Below are positions 12,478 to 21,917 of a DNA stretch of 64,000 nt, in pieces. The DNA comes from an uncultured Campylobacter sp. (GTDB taxonomy: Bacteria; Campylobacterota; Campylobacteria; Campylobacterales; Campylobacteraceae). A model generated the notes under the pieces. The model saw only the letters and a program-made list of their open reading frames with translations. It had not been told where the DNA came from and ran no database searches. Location: positions 1,191 to 65,190 of the forward strand of contig CAUQPE010000001.1 in assembly GCA_963519915.1 (NCBI GenBank), given 5' to 3'. Every line of letters starts with the position of its first letter. The stretch's first letter is position 1. A program made the position numbers and the translations under genes.

Positions 12478-13077
12478 TTACCGCAACCTCTCTAGCGCTC
12501 TTTTGGCGTATTCGTTACCGCCCGCCGCTCCGCGTTTATAGAACTCTATGGCCTTGTCCATGTCCCTTGCGACGCCGTAGCTGTTCTCGTAGCATATAGC
12601 TAGATCGGTTAGAGCGTGCGGGTCGTCGTCGGCAACGGCTTTTTGGATGTAGACGAGCGCTTTTTTATAGTCTTTTTTAAAATGTATCCCGTTTAGATAC
12701 ATATTTCCCAGCATTGCGTCCGCACCCGTGTCGCCTAGTTTGCTTACCTTTTCAAAGGTCTGCGCGGCTAGCTTGTAGTCCGTCATGCGGTAGTAGATCC
12801 GCGCCATATTAGAGTGGGCGAGCGAATCGTTTAGTCCCATGGCTTTTTTATACCATTTTACGCCTTCGCCGATATTAGACATCCTTACCTCGTATAGGTA
12901 GCCTACGAGCGCGACGGCTCTGGCGTCGCCGCTATCGGCTTTAGGTTTGATAAAGGCCAGTGCTTCTTTATATTTTCCGTTATCGTCTAGCGCTATAAAT
13001 TTATCGTAATCCTCGTTAGAGAGCCCAAACGCCGCAGTGATCGCAAACGCGCATAATGTTATTACCGTCTTTTTCAT
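12478..13077 (-). CDS. Secreted Sel1-repeat (SLR) protein
   Basis: Signal peptide; repeats LGNMYLNG...KDYKKAL and LAICYENSYGVARDMDKAIEFYKRGA. Confidence 0.9.
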   Translation of the reverse strand: MKKTVITLCAFAITAAFGLSNEDYDKFIALDDNGKYKEALAFIKPKADSGDARAVALVGYLYEVRMSNIGEGVKWYKKAMGLNDSLAHSNMARIYYRMTDYKLAAQTFEKVSKLGDTGADAMLGNMYLNGIHFKKDYKKALVYIQKAVADDDPHALTDLAICYENSYGVARDMDKAIEFYKRGAAGGNEYAKRALERLR

Positions 13078-13078
13078 C

Positions 13079-13480
13079 TTAGTTCTCCAGTACTAGCAGG
13101 TCTTTAAATTTATGCTTGACGCTCCTTATCGCGTCGCCGTCCTCGGTGTAATCCGTAATATAGCCGTCTTTGTCGGTGGTAAAGTAGACAAAGCCGTAGG
13201 TGCTGTAGTTGACGCCTGTTACGCTGCAACCCCAAAAGTTGCACGATCTATTAACCGATAGCACTTCGCGCGGTTCGTGTTGCATATAAAATTTGTTTGA
13301 AAGCATACCTATCTCGATATGCGACCAGCCGCCGGAGTACCTTTCCATATCTAGGATATGGCGGCCTTTTAGCTGAGTTAGTTCTTTGTTTTCTAGAAAT
13401 ATATTAGAGGGGCCGATGCCGTACGTAGTACATCCGCCTAGCAGGAAGGCGCATAAAAGCGGTAGGAAAATTTTTCGCAT
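13079..13480 (-). CDS. Hypothetical lipoprotein
   Basis: Lipobox LLGGC after a basic/hydrophobic N-terminus; AAAGGAG SD; ends 1 nt before the Sel1 gene. Confidence 0.75.
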   Translation of the reverse strand: MRKIFLPLLCAFLLGGCTTYGIGPSNIFLENKELTQLKGRHILDMERYSGGWSHIEIGMLSNKFYMQHEPREVLSVNRSCNFWGCSVTGVNYSTYGFVYFTTDKDGYITDYTEDGDAIRSVKHKFKDLLVLEN

Positions 13481-13712
13481 TTTTTGATCTCCTTTGTTTT
13501 CTTGCGGCTGATTTTATCTAAAGGGGCAGTGCAAGTCAATATTTTGGGGTCGGGGTTAAATTTGGAGCTTTAAATTTGACGCCGAATTTGATCTATGTTG
13601 CGTCAAATTTGGCACTGTTTTGGGGTAAGGCGGCGGTCAAATTTGCTTGCAGCTTTAACTACGCCGCTAAATTTAGCGTGAGGAGGGCAATCGCCGCCGT
13701 TAGCTAAACCGT

Positions 13713-14654
13713 TTAGTCCGCCAGCCCCTCTTGGCCGCATTTTGCAATGAGCGCGTCAAATTCATCTTTGCTAAACGCGCTCACGACGATATTTTTAGCG
13801 TCGATAAATTCGTATTTATCTTTCGGCAAATTTTGGATGAAACTCTCATATTTCAGCGTCGCTAGGATTTCGTATTTTTCCTCATCGTCGCCCTCTCCGC
13901 CAAATATCGCGATCTTCCACCGCGCGACTTTCTCATCGCCTAGCATTTGCAAATTTTTATACTCCACGCTAGGTTCATACGGCAGCACGGTAACGACGTC
14001 TTGCGACAGGACGTAATCTCCGCTGATCTCGCCGTTATCGTTCCTGCGATAAAACATCTGATTTGCAAAATACGCATCCAAATTTTGGATATCGGTTACA
14101 AATTTGCCAAATTCGTCCGCTGGATCCTTCGCGCCTAGTATGCGAGCTATGATCTTTTTATCAAACGACACTTCGTTTCTTATGCCGTAAATAGTGCTGA
14201 TTTGCGCCTCTTTTTGCAAATTTTGCTCTATCGCCTCTAGCCCCGCGCGTATGTTGTGCTCATAGTTAAAGCTTTCGATATTTTGCGCGCTAAATTTCTC
14301 GCCGTCCTCGCTCACGATTTCGCCGTCCATTTTTATGGCTAGGTTTTTTAGGTACTCTAGCGCGATTTTCCAGTCCGTGCGGGTACTTGGCGTACCGATG
14401 CGGACGTTGTAGGCGCCGTCCTCGTATCCGATCTCAAAGCCGCGTCCGCTAAGCCCGTCCGTGCCGGCGACGAGGCAATCAAACTCGTCAAGCTTTGCAC
14501 CGTAAAAGCCATCGGCGTCAAACTCCTCGTCGTCTTCATTGGCGTTAAACTGCGATAAATTCGGCACCAGTCGCAGCGCCTCCTCCACGCTCATCACGGG
14601 CGCAAGCCCGACTAGAAACTTCTTTTTATTTTTGACGAAAAACGTGATGCTCAT
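13713..14654 (-). CDS. DUF4299-like protein
   Basis: MSITFFVKNKK start and S.RGFEIGY...YNVRI.TPST..DW motifs recalled for this family; acidic, 313 aa. Confidence 0.7.
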   Translation of the reverse strand: MSITFFVKNKKKFLVGLAPVMSVEEALRLVPNLSQFNANEDDEEFDADGFYGAKLDEFDCLVAGTDGLSGRGFEIGYEDGAYNVRIGTPSTRTDWKIALEYLKNLAIKMDGEIVSEDGEKFSAQNIESFNYEHNIRAGLEAIEQNLQKEAQISTIYGIRNEVSFDKKIIARILGAKDPADEFGKFVTDIQNLDAYFANQMFYRRNDNGEISGDYVLSQDVVTVLPYEPSVEYKNLQMLGDEKVARWKIAIFGGEGDDEEKYEILATLKYESFIQNLPKDKYEFIDAKNIVVSAFSKDEFDALIAKCGQEGLAD

Positions 14655-14800
14655 TTTTGATCCTTTGGGGTTAAATTTGACTTTTGAGGCGTTTTGGCGG
14701 AGTCAAATTTGAGCGCAAATTTACCGCGTCAAATTTGCCGCCGTCCAAATAAACAAGTAAAATCCGGGCGCAAATTTAAGCATACGTGCCCAAATTTAGC

Positions 14801-16081
14801 TCACTCGTCCTTTTTCTCATCATCTTTGTTGCCGATCTTTTCTTTGGCGGTTTTTATGAGATTTTCGGCGGATTTGTAGAGCTTCTCGCCTAGTTTTTTT
14901 GATTTTGCTTTGAGATTTTCACCGATCTCGCTCGCATTTATCGCGCTTAGCTTTTCCTGCGTTCGTTTTTCAAAGTCGCCGATATCTTTTTTGAGCACTT
15001 CTAGGCGTTCTTTGGCGTTAAAATTTTCTTTAAATTTATCGCCGGCTTGAGTTACTTCGCGCTTTAACTCCTCAAATTTAGCTCCCGCAAGGCTCGCGAA
15101 TTTATCGATATTTTCGTTAAATTTTAGCTCTTCTAGCTGAAGCTCGATCTGGCGGGAAACGTCGTTTTGCAGGCGCTTAAATTTGGCGAAGTAGCTATCG
15201 ACGGACTCGTCTAGGATTTCGTTTATCACGGCAGCAGACGGCTCCTCTGAGCGCGCCATATCGCGCAGCATCGCTACGAATCTCTCCTCAAGCCTTATAA
15301 ATTCTTTAGCTTCGCCTAGCAGCGTCTGACCGTCCGGGGCAAATTTGATCTCCTCGATAAACTTCTCCGTCCTCTTGCCAAGCGCTTCTCTTACGCCGCC
15401 GATCGCGCCGCTGATTAGCTCTTTGGCAAAGGCCTGATCGATGCCCGCTATCTCGCTCGCCGCCTCGCAGACCGTTCTTGCGATATCCAGGATGCGCTCT
15501 TTGCTCGCTTCGCCCTCGTTTATCGCGCTAAGCACGACGTTTTTTGCGATTTGCTCCACCGTATCTTTCACGTCGTCGCCCTTTTCGATCGCGGTTAGAA
15601 ACGCCGCTTCGGTAGTTTCTTTTAGGATACCCAGCATTTGCAGCTCGCAGAGCATTTTTTCGTCTATCGCGGTTAAAATTTCGTCCTTATCCGCCAGGTC
15701 GCTGTTTTTGATGAAATTTTCCATATTTTCAAGCAGCTCGCGAACGTCGTTTTTGATCTCGTCTTTTTGCGCGTAAATTTGCCGCTCGATCTGCTCTTTT
15801 TCGTAGATTAGGCGGTGGATATACTGCTCTTTTGCTTCGCTGAGCGCGTCGCCGGCGCTTTGGATGAGGTTGGCGACGTTTTGACGGTTTAGCAGATCCT
15901 CGCCTTTTAGCGCCCCGCAAATTTGCTCAAATTCTTTAGCTAGAGCCGCGTTTGCGTCGCCGCTTTTTGCGCTTTTGATGCTTTTTCTAAACTCGCTTAG
16001 CGCAAATTCTCTAATCAAAACGGAAATTTGCGGGTCGTTTTTGTTCTCTTTTATGGTTTGGATGAAGACTAAATTTTGCAT
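14801..16081 (-). CDS. Conserved hypothetical coiled-coil protein (third gene of the moaC operon)
   Basis: Long helical ORF; AAGGA SD before ATG 16081; same position as the Campylobacter moaC-DUF493-hypothetical synteny. Confidence 0.75.
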   Translation of the reverse strand: MQNLVFIQTIKENKNDPQISVLIREFALSEFRKSIKSAKSGDANAALAKEFEQICGALKGEDLLNRQNVANLIQSAGDALSEAKEQYIHRLIYEKEQIERQIYAQKDEIKNDVRELLENMENFIKNSDLADKDEILTAIDEKMLCELQMLGILKETTEAAFLTAIEKGDDVKDTVEQIAKNVVLSAINEGEASKERILDIARTVCEAASEIAGIDQAFAKELISGAIGGVREALGKRTEKFIEEIKFAPDGQTLLGEAKEFIRLEERFVAMLRDMARSEEPSAAVINEILDESVDSYFAKFKRLQNDVSRQIELQLEELKFNENIDKFASLAGAKFEELKREVTQAGDKFKENFNAKERLEVLKKDIGDFEKRTQEKLSAINASEIGENLKAKSKKLGEKLYKSAENLIKTAKEKIGNKDDEKKDE

Positions 16082-16089
16082 GAAAGTCC

Positions 16090-16353
16090 TTATAGTACGT
16101 ATTTGCAAACGCGTTTTAGCGCGGAAAAAATTTCTAATCGTTCCTCGTTAGAATTAACCAAAACGCTTAGATTGTAGCTTTTGTATTTGCCCTCTTTGCT
16201 CGATTTTGACGGCGTTATCTTGTGTTGTCTTTCGCCTACGACGCCCTGCGCGATAGCTTCGGCATTTTCGTTTTCAAGCACGATGATTTTGTATTCCCAA
16301 AAATTTGGGTACGAGATTTCGGGTTCTTTATTTAGATCGCACGTAGTCGCCAC
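16090..16353 (-). CDS. DUF493/YbeD (HP0495) family protein
   Basis: [12 protein letters not shown] and [16 protein letters not shown] motifs; GTG 16353 after GGAGG. Confidence 0.85.
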   Translation of the reverse strand: MATTCDLNKEPEISYPNFWEYKIIVLENENAEAIAQGVVGERQHKITPSKSSKEGKYKSYNLSVLVNSNEERLEIFSALKRVCKYVL

Positions 16354-16801
16354 TTTTTCCTCCACTCTTACTTTCTAGCGCGATATCTGTTATCTGCATG
16401 GTTTTATCTATCGCTTTTATCATATCGTAGATCGTTAGAAGACCGACGCTAACGCCTGTTAGCGCCTCCATCTCGACACCTGTTTTGCCGTCTATCTTGA
16501 CGCTAACGGTTAGCTTGTAGGCGCAGATTTCGGTTAGCTCCTCGATGTCACAGTTTATGCCGCCAATTAGCAGCGGATGGCACATCGGGATGAGTTCGCT
16601 CGTCTTTTTCGCGCCCATTATCGCGCCTACGACGGCGGTTTGCAGGACGGGGCCCTTTTTGCCCGTGTTGTTTTTGATCGCGTCAAAGGCTTCGCGCGAC
16701 ATTTTTATGATGCCGCTTGCTACGGCTATGCGCGTAGTTACACCCTTGTCGCTTACGTCGACCATTTTGGGGCGGTTGTTTTCGTCTATGTGAGTTAGCA
16801 T
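16328..16801 (-). CDS. moaC: Cyclic pyranopterin monophosphate synthase MoaC
   Basis: MLTHIDE...[31 protein letters not shown] and KSGGKSG motifs. Confidence 0.97.
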   Translation of the reverse strand: MLTHIDENNRPKMVDVSDKGVTTRIAVASGIIKMSREAFDAIKNNTGKKGPVLQTAVVGAIMGAKKTSELIPMCHPLLIGGINCDIEELTEICAYKLTVSVKIDGKTGVEMEALTGVSVGLLTIYDMIKAIDKTMQITDIALESKSGGKSGDYVRSK

Positions 16802-16901
16802 TTTCGTCCTTTCGCCTGATACGCCAAAATTGCTTAAATTTGAGCTAGGCGGAGTAAATTTATGAGAAGGATTATAACTAAAAAAGCTTAATGAATAAGA
16901 C

Positions 16902-16931
16902 AAAAACGCCTCGGCAGGGGGAGCCGAGGCG
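16902..16931 (-). terminator. Rho-independent terminator (end of patB and of the candidate sRNA)
   Basis: CGCCTCGGC-TCCCCCT-GCCGAGGCG-TTTTT on the minus strand. Confidence 0.85.
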
Positions 16932-16962
16932 CCGTTACAAAAAGGAGGTTTTCTTGTCGGAC
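16902..16962 (-). ncRNA. Candidate small regulatory RNA (two hairpins with C/U-rich loops)
   Basis: TGgTATGAT extended -10 at 16969-16977; hairpin 1 exposes AACCUCC; hairpin 2 is a 9-bp GC stem with a UCCCCCU loop and U5 tail. Confidence 0.55.
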
Positions 16963-17015
16963 GCCGAAATCATACCAAAAAGGTCTAAATTTTATCCCAA
17001 TTTTTCGTAAATATA

Positions 17016-18188
17016 TTATTCCCTACTTTTCGCGTAGGCCAGAGCGCCTGATTTTAGGCGTTTTAGCCCCTCTAGCACGCGCGATCTTTGCGTGGCGATA
17101 TTGAGGCGAAGGAAGCACTTCTCAGCGCCTCTGTACGCGTTGCCGTCGTTTAGCCAAAGGCCCGCTTTTTGGCGTAAGAATTTATGAAAATCGCTCGCGT
17201 CGTCGCAAATTTCGCGGCAGTCAAGCCAGAGCAGATACGTGGCGTCCTGCTCCACAAGCCTGATCTGCGGCAGTTCGTTTTGCAAAAACTCGCTTACGAT
17301 TTTGCGGTTTTGCTCTACATATTCGCGCATCTGCTCGAGCCACGCTTCGCCTCGCTCAAACGCCGCGATCGCCGCGATACAAGAAAACGCATTACCCTCG
17401 CCGACCTCGTCGTCGTTGATAGCCTTTGCCATTTTGGCGCGCAGTTTTGGGTTTGGCACTAAGGCGGCGGAGCTTTGCAAGCCTGCGATGTTAAAGGCTT
17501 TAGTCGGCGAAACGCAGGTGATCGAGATGTTTTTGCAAGTTTCGCTCGCGCGGATAAACGGCACGTAGTTTTTGCCGGGGCTCGTGATGTCGCAGTGGAT
17601 CTCGTCTGAGATCACCAAAACGCCGTATTTAGCGCATAGTTCGCCGATTTTAGCTAGCTTTTCCTCGCTCCAAATTTTACCGACTGGATTGTGCGGGTTG
17701 CAAAGGATAAACATCGTCGTTAGCGGGTCGGCGAGCTTTTCTTCGAGATCGGTAAAGTCTATATCGTAGCCGCGCCCGTCGTAGGCTAGCTCGTTTGTGA
17801 GCGCGATCCTACCGTTGTTTTCGATACTGCGGTAAAAGACGTGATAGACGGGGCTTTGGATCACGATTTTATCGCCCACGCTCGTAAATTTGCGCACGGC
17901 GGAGCTGATGATCGGTATCACACCCGTGCAAAAAATCAGCCAGCTCGGGTCAAATTTGACGTCGTGGCGCCTGCTCCACCACGAGCAAATGGCCTCGCTC
18001 CACTCCTGCGGCACGTACGAATAGCCAAAAACCCCGTTATCCAGCCGTTTTTGTAATGCCTCTAAAATCTCGGGCGCGACCTTAAAATCCATATCCGCCA
18101 CCCACATAGGCAGCTCATCGCCACTTGTTTTCCACTTTGACGAATACGTCCCGCCTCGATCCACCAGCGCATCAAAATCGTATTTCAT
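17016..18188 (-). CDS. PatB/MalY family PLP-dependent C-S lyase (cystathionine beta-lyase)
   Basis: LPMWVADMDF, LCNPHNPVG, SDEIH and SPTKAFNIAGL (PLP lysine). Start reassigned to MKYDF after AAGGAG. Confidence 0.92.
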   Translation of the reverse strand: MKYDFDALVDRGGTYSSKWKTSGDELPMWVADMDFKVAPEILEALQKRLDNGVFGYSYVPQEWSEAICSWWSRRHDVKFDPSWLIFCTGVIPIISSAVRKFTSVGDKIVIQSPVYHVFYRSIENNGRIALTNELAYDGRGYDIDFTDLEEKLADPLTTMFILCNPHNPVGKIWSEEKLAKIGELCAKYGVLVISDEIHCDITSPGKNYVPFIRASETCKNISITCVSPTKAFNIAGLQSSAALVPNPKLRAKMAKAINDDEVGEGNAFSCIAAIAAFERGEAWLEQMREYVEQNRKIVSEFLQNELPQIRLVEQDATYLLWLDCREICDDASDFHKFLRQKAGLWLNDGNAYRGAEKCFLRLNIATQRSRVLEGLKRLKSGALAYAKSRE

Positions 18189-18334
18189 TTGCTCTCCTTG
18201 CGTGATTTTTTGCGGATATTTTAGCGAATTTGACGGGTAAAATTTGAAATTTCGCCGCATTTTTGCATAAAACCGATTTTTAATGCGAGATTTTTTATAA
18301 TTACGTCTAAAATTTACTAAATTTAAGGACAAAA

Positions 18335-19027
18335 ATGCTCACGATAACCTCACGTTTGCCAAGCGCAAATCTAAAAATATCAAAAGCGTTGCCACAGCTC
18401 ATCCAAGGCTACATATACCGATATTTGCCAAGCACCGAGCACGAAGGATATAAGCACGAACCCAGCGGCAAAATTTTTAAACGAACGAATTTTGATTTTC
18501 GCTTAAATGGCGCAAATTTGCGGATTAGATTTACCTCATATGAGCCGGAATTTGAAAAAATAATCGCGCTTGCCGTGCTAAAAGACGGGTTAAGCTTGGG
18601 CGAGCTTTGCCTGTGCGATACGGCGGTGGCGGTTAGCGAACACAGAACTACGCAAAGCGAAGCGGTGCTGCAAGGCTGCGTAGCATGCGCGATAGGCGGG
18701 CTTTTGGGGCATAAAATTTATCTGCAACCGCAAGACTCCAGGCATCTTGAGATGATGAAAACAAACGCTTTGCAAAGATTCGAAACCCTTGCCGGACGCA
18801 GATACGACGGAGAATTTGAGCTAAATTTGCTCTGGCAAAATTTGCAAAATCCATTTAATTTTTATTATGGCAACAACCGCTCGCCAGTTCAGGCTTGGCA
18901 AGCAAAATGGAAAATTTGCGCACAGCCAGAGCTTATAAATTTGATCCTTGATGCCGGCGTCGGAAGCGGATGTATGAACTGTGGAGCGGGGTTTGTGGAG
19001 GTGGTGGAAGAAAAGCAAGTTAAGTAA
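18335..19027 (+). CDS. cas6: CRISPR-associated endoribonuclease Cas6
   Basis: IQGYIY...EHEGY N-terminal motif and C-terminal Gly-rich loop GVGSGCMNCGAGFV; first gene of the cas cluster. Confidence 0.88.
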   Translation: MLTITSRLPSANLKISKALPQLIQGYIYRYLPSTEHEGYKHEPSGKIFKRTNFDFRLNGANLRIRFTSYEPEFEKIIALAVLKDGLSLGELCLCDTAVAVSEHRTTQSEAVLQGCVACAIGGLLGHKIYLQPQDSRHLEMMKTNALQRFETLAGRRYDGEFELNLLWQNLQNPFNFYYGNNRSPVQAWQAKWKICAQPELINLILDAGVGSGCMNCGAGFVEVVEEKQVK

Positions 19028-19137
19028 AATATAAATTTAAAAGCCTATAAGGAGAACAAGTAATACTTGCTTTTCAAAGAGTATTTTATAAAAACATACT
19101 CAAAAAATCAAGTAAAATCTATGTAAATTATAATAAC

Positions 19138-19166
19138 TTGACATAAAAGATCGCTTGCAGTATAAT
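19138..19166 (+). promoter_or_regulatory. Consensus sigma70 promoter upstream of cas8b
   Basis: TTGACA (19138-19143), 17 nt, TATAAT (19161-19166). Confidence 0.85.
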
Positions 19167-19193
19167 TATGCCAACTTAATTTAGGGGAATCTC

Positions 19194-20960
19194 TTGGGCG
19201 ATATAGTTAAAATTTTCGCCGACATAGGCGAAATATACCAAAAAGACGAAAAGCGTCTCAAAAACGAAGCCTACAAATACGACGCAATCAAAGCGTATCT
19301 CTGTGATATAGAAACCAAGCGAATAGAACCGAATTTAAACATAAGCAAAGACGATCTGATAATATGTAGATTTGGCATCGGGGCAAATTCCGGTAATCTT
19401 TTTCCAAATTCTCAATTTTTATCCAAAGAAGTAAATAAAGACGAAGCTAAATTTATAAAAAGCCTTTTGAGATCGGTTTCAAATTTGCTCTCGTTTTTTG
19501 AGCCGAGCGACATAGAAAAAGACGCTATTTTGTCTATGTTACCCAGTATAAATGAAGGATATTTTGCCGATATTATAGATGAGATCAAAGGCCTTGATGA
19601 GATAAAAAAGGAAAAAGGCAAAAAAGTCGCTACTTTTTTCTCGCTCTCATACAAGGGCAAGCCCGTTTCTGCCTATTTTAAGCAAGTTTTTGAAAATCAT
19701 ATCAGCGTAAAAGAACAAAAATCGTCCTATGGATACGATATTTTAACAAATGAAAAAGGTATCGGCGGTGATGCAAATTTGGCATTTTGTTCGGTAAATG
19801 AGATGCCCGCCAATATGCAATTTGTTAAATCAAAACTCCTGCCGCTAAGCACCATTAGCGCAAAAAAGGTAGAAAACGGCTTTAAAGCGATAAAAGATAA
19901 GCTATCGCATAATTTTTACGGTATGAAAATGGCGATTTTGCCGACGATTTTAGATAGTTCGGTAAATTTAGAAGAGATTGTAAAAATACTTGAAGAAACT
20001 TCAAAGAGCGATATGAAAAGTATTGAAATCGCCGAAGAAGTTATAAAATTTAGCATAAACGATTATCTTGAAATAGCCGCTAAAAAGCAGGAAAATTTAC
20101 CCGTTTTAAATACGATTTTATTTTATACGCAAAGTAACGCCGCTATCGATTTAAAGCTTGCGATAGACGATGTTTTGCCCTCTTTTATCTCTCATATTTC
20201 AAATTTAATGGGCAGCTTTAACATAAAAGCCTTCTATGAAAAAAACAGTGGAACCGAAGAGACGATTTATCTGCAAAATTTGTTTGAAGACGGGCTAAGC
20301 GTGATGAGTTTTTTACTGTCGCGAAATAAATTTGATTTAGAGATTATGATAGAAAGATATAGCGATTTGATTTATTACGGTAGCGTCAATAAAAGTTATG
20401 CAAAAAAATTAGAATGGAGCAAATATTTTAACGATTTTTATAAAGAAAGAACGTTTGAGAATATTGCAAAATATCAAAATTTTTTTAATGAAATCGATGT
20501 CTTAAATAAAAAACTAGTGTTTCAAAAGGAGTGTGACTTGGAAAATTTAACCGATAAAAAGGAAATGATTAAAGAGCTAATCAAAAATAGCGAGTTTTTA
20601 AATCAAGATAGCGCGCTCATTAGCGCTTATTTGCTCGGTATGCTAAGCGCAGCCCTGATAAACTGGCAGTTTGCCGTTAACGGCGGCGTATCGTTTAGCA
20701 ACTGGCTTGATAACTGCGGCTCAATAAGCAGGGAAAATTTGGAGCGAATTTGGACTAAGTGCGACGAGATGATTAGAAAGCTTAAGGCGGCTTCTGGCAA
20801 ACCGAATTCTAACGTTGAAAATATAAAAGAGTGCTTGATTGAAATTTTACCGCAAGTCTTTTCTAAAGAAGGAAAAATAGTAAAAAGCTCGCATACCACG
20901 CTCGCTTTTGCTATGGGCGGAAGCGATTATCGCAAATTTCTAAAAGATAAAACGAAATAA
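19194..20960 (+). CDS. cas8b: Type I-B Cascade large subunit Cas8b (Csh1/TM1802-like)
   Basis: 588 aa between cas6 and cas7; C-terminal AYLLGML...WQ...FAMG helical region; TTG start after AGGGG. Confidence 0.8.
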   Translation: MGDIVKIFADIGEIYQKDEKRLKNEAYKYDAIKAYLCDIETKRIEPNLNISKDDLIICRFGIGANSGNLFPNSQFLSKEVNKDEAKFIKSLLRSVSNLLSFFEPSDIEKDAILSMLPSINEGYFADIIDEIKGLDEIKKEKGKKVATFFSLSYKGKPVSAYFKQVFENHISVKEQKSSYGYDILTNEKGIGGDANLAFCSVNEMPANMQFVKSKLLPLSTISAKKVENGFKAIKDKLSHNFYGMKMAILPTILDSSVNLEEIVKILEETSKSDMKSIEIAEEVIKFSINDYLEIAAKKQENLPVLNTILFYTQSNAAIDLKLAIDDVLPSFISHISNLMGSFNIKAFYEKNSGTEETIYLQNLFEDGLSVMSFLLSRNKFDLEIMIERYSDLIYYGSVNKSYAKKLEWSKYFNDFYKERTFENIAKYQNFFNEIDVLNKKLVFQKECDLENLTDKKEMIKELIKNSEFLNQDSALISAYLLGMLSAALINWQFAVNGGVSFSNWLDNCGSISRENLERIWTKCDEMIRKLKAASGKPNSNVENIKECLIEILPQVFSKEGKIVKSSHTTLAFAMGGSDYRKFLKDKTK

Positions 20961-20974
20961 GCAAGGAGAATGAG

Positions 20975-21916
20975 ATGCAGAAAAAAGAGATACTTTTTTT
21001 ATGGGACGGAGAAAACTGGAATCCAAACGGCGATATGCTAAAGGATAACGCTCCAAGATGCGATGATGAAACCGGCATAGCCGAGGTAACGGACGTGCGC
21101 ATAAAAAGAACTATTAGAGACGAGATTATAAAAAAAGATGAGGCGTCGATTTTTATAAAGGAGTATAGGGTAGAGGATGCCCTGTTGGACGCTAAAACGG
21201 CGATCAGACAAAGCATAAATATAAAGCAAAGTAAAAGCGAACTACAAAAAGAAATTCTCTCTAAATTTATCGATATTCGCGCATTCGGCGGCGTATTGCC
21301 GATTTCGGATAAAGACGAGATGAAGCAGGATAAAGAGATAAAAACCGCAGGAGTTCAGTTTACTGGACCGGTGCAGTTTAGATTAAGCAAATCCCTAAAC
21401 AAGGTCGAAATAGAGCACGTAAGAGGAACCGGTGCTTTTGCTAGCGATTACGATCCAAACGATCCCAAAAAACAAAAGGATCAAGCGACTTTTAGAGAGG
21501 AAAAATTTTTAAAATACGCTATTTTTGCTACTTACGGCATTATCGATAATTATAATGCGGCAAAAACGGGCTTTAATGAAGCCGATGAAGCTAAAATTTT
21601 AAAAGCTTTGTGGCATGGCACTAAAAACCTAACGACTCGCTCCAAAATCGGTCAGACTCCGAGGTTTATGCTAATTATCACGTACAAAGACGATACGTTT
21701 GCGGGCGATCTAAACAATAGCATAAGCCTAAAAAGCGAAAAAGAAGATAGAGCGATAAGAAGTATCAACGAATACGCTATCGACTTTACGAATTTAAAAA
21801 ATAAACTCGCAAGATATGCTGCAAATATAGAAAAAATAGAGTATATGAGCGATTATGATTTTGAAGGGATAAACAAAGCAAATTTTGATAGTAGCTGGAA
21901 AAAGATAGAGGCGTAA
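20975..21916 (+). CDS. cas7: Type I-B Cas7 (Csh2-like)
   Basis: NPNGDM..NAPR, VTDVRIKRTIRD, DIRAFGGV, TGPVQF and TRSKIGQ.PR motifs. Confidence 0.93.
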   Translation: MQKKEILFLWDGENWNPNGDMLKDNAPRCDDETGIAEVTDVRIKRTIRDEIIKKDEASIFIKEYRVEDALLDAKTAIRQSINIKQSKSELQKEILSKFIDIRAFGGVLPISDKDEMKQDKEIKTAGVQFTGPVQFRLSKSLNKVEIEHVRGTGAFASDYDPNDPKKQKDQATFREEKFLKYAIFATYGIIDNYNAAKTGFNEADEAKILKALWHGTKNLTTRSKIGQTPRFMLIITYKDDTFAGDLNNSISLKSEKEDRAIRSINEYAIDFTNLKNKLARYAANIEKIEYMSDYDFEGINKANFDSSWKKIEA

Positions 21917-21917
21917 A

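Noticed and set aside
16850..16861. AAATTTACTCCG on the minus strand matches 12 nt of the degenerate CRISPR repeat
   Set aside because: Half of it is the ubiquitous AAATTT motif, and it lacks the GGAGT arm and GAAAC end, so it is probably chance.
16802..16870. Moco riboswitch upstream of moaC
   Set aside because: The predicted leader is only about 60 nt, too short, and lacks recognisable multi-stem structure.
19067..19126. 19-codon TTG ORF after AAGGAG in the cas6-cas8b gap as a CreT-like toxin
   Set aside because: Weak start codon, 12-nt SD spacing and no tandem rare codons. It is kept only as part of the intergenic finding.
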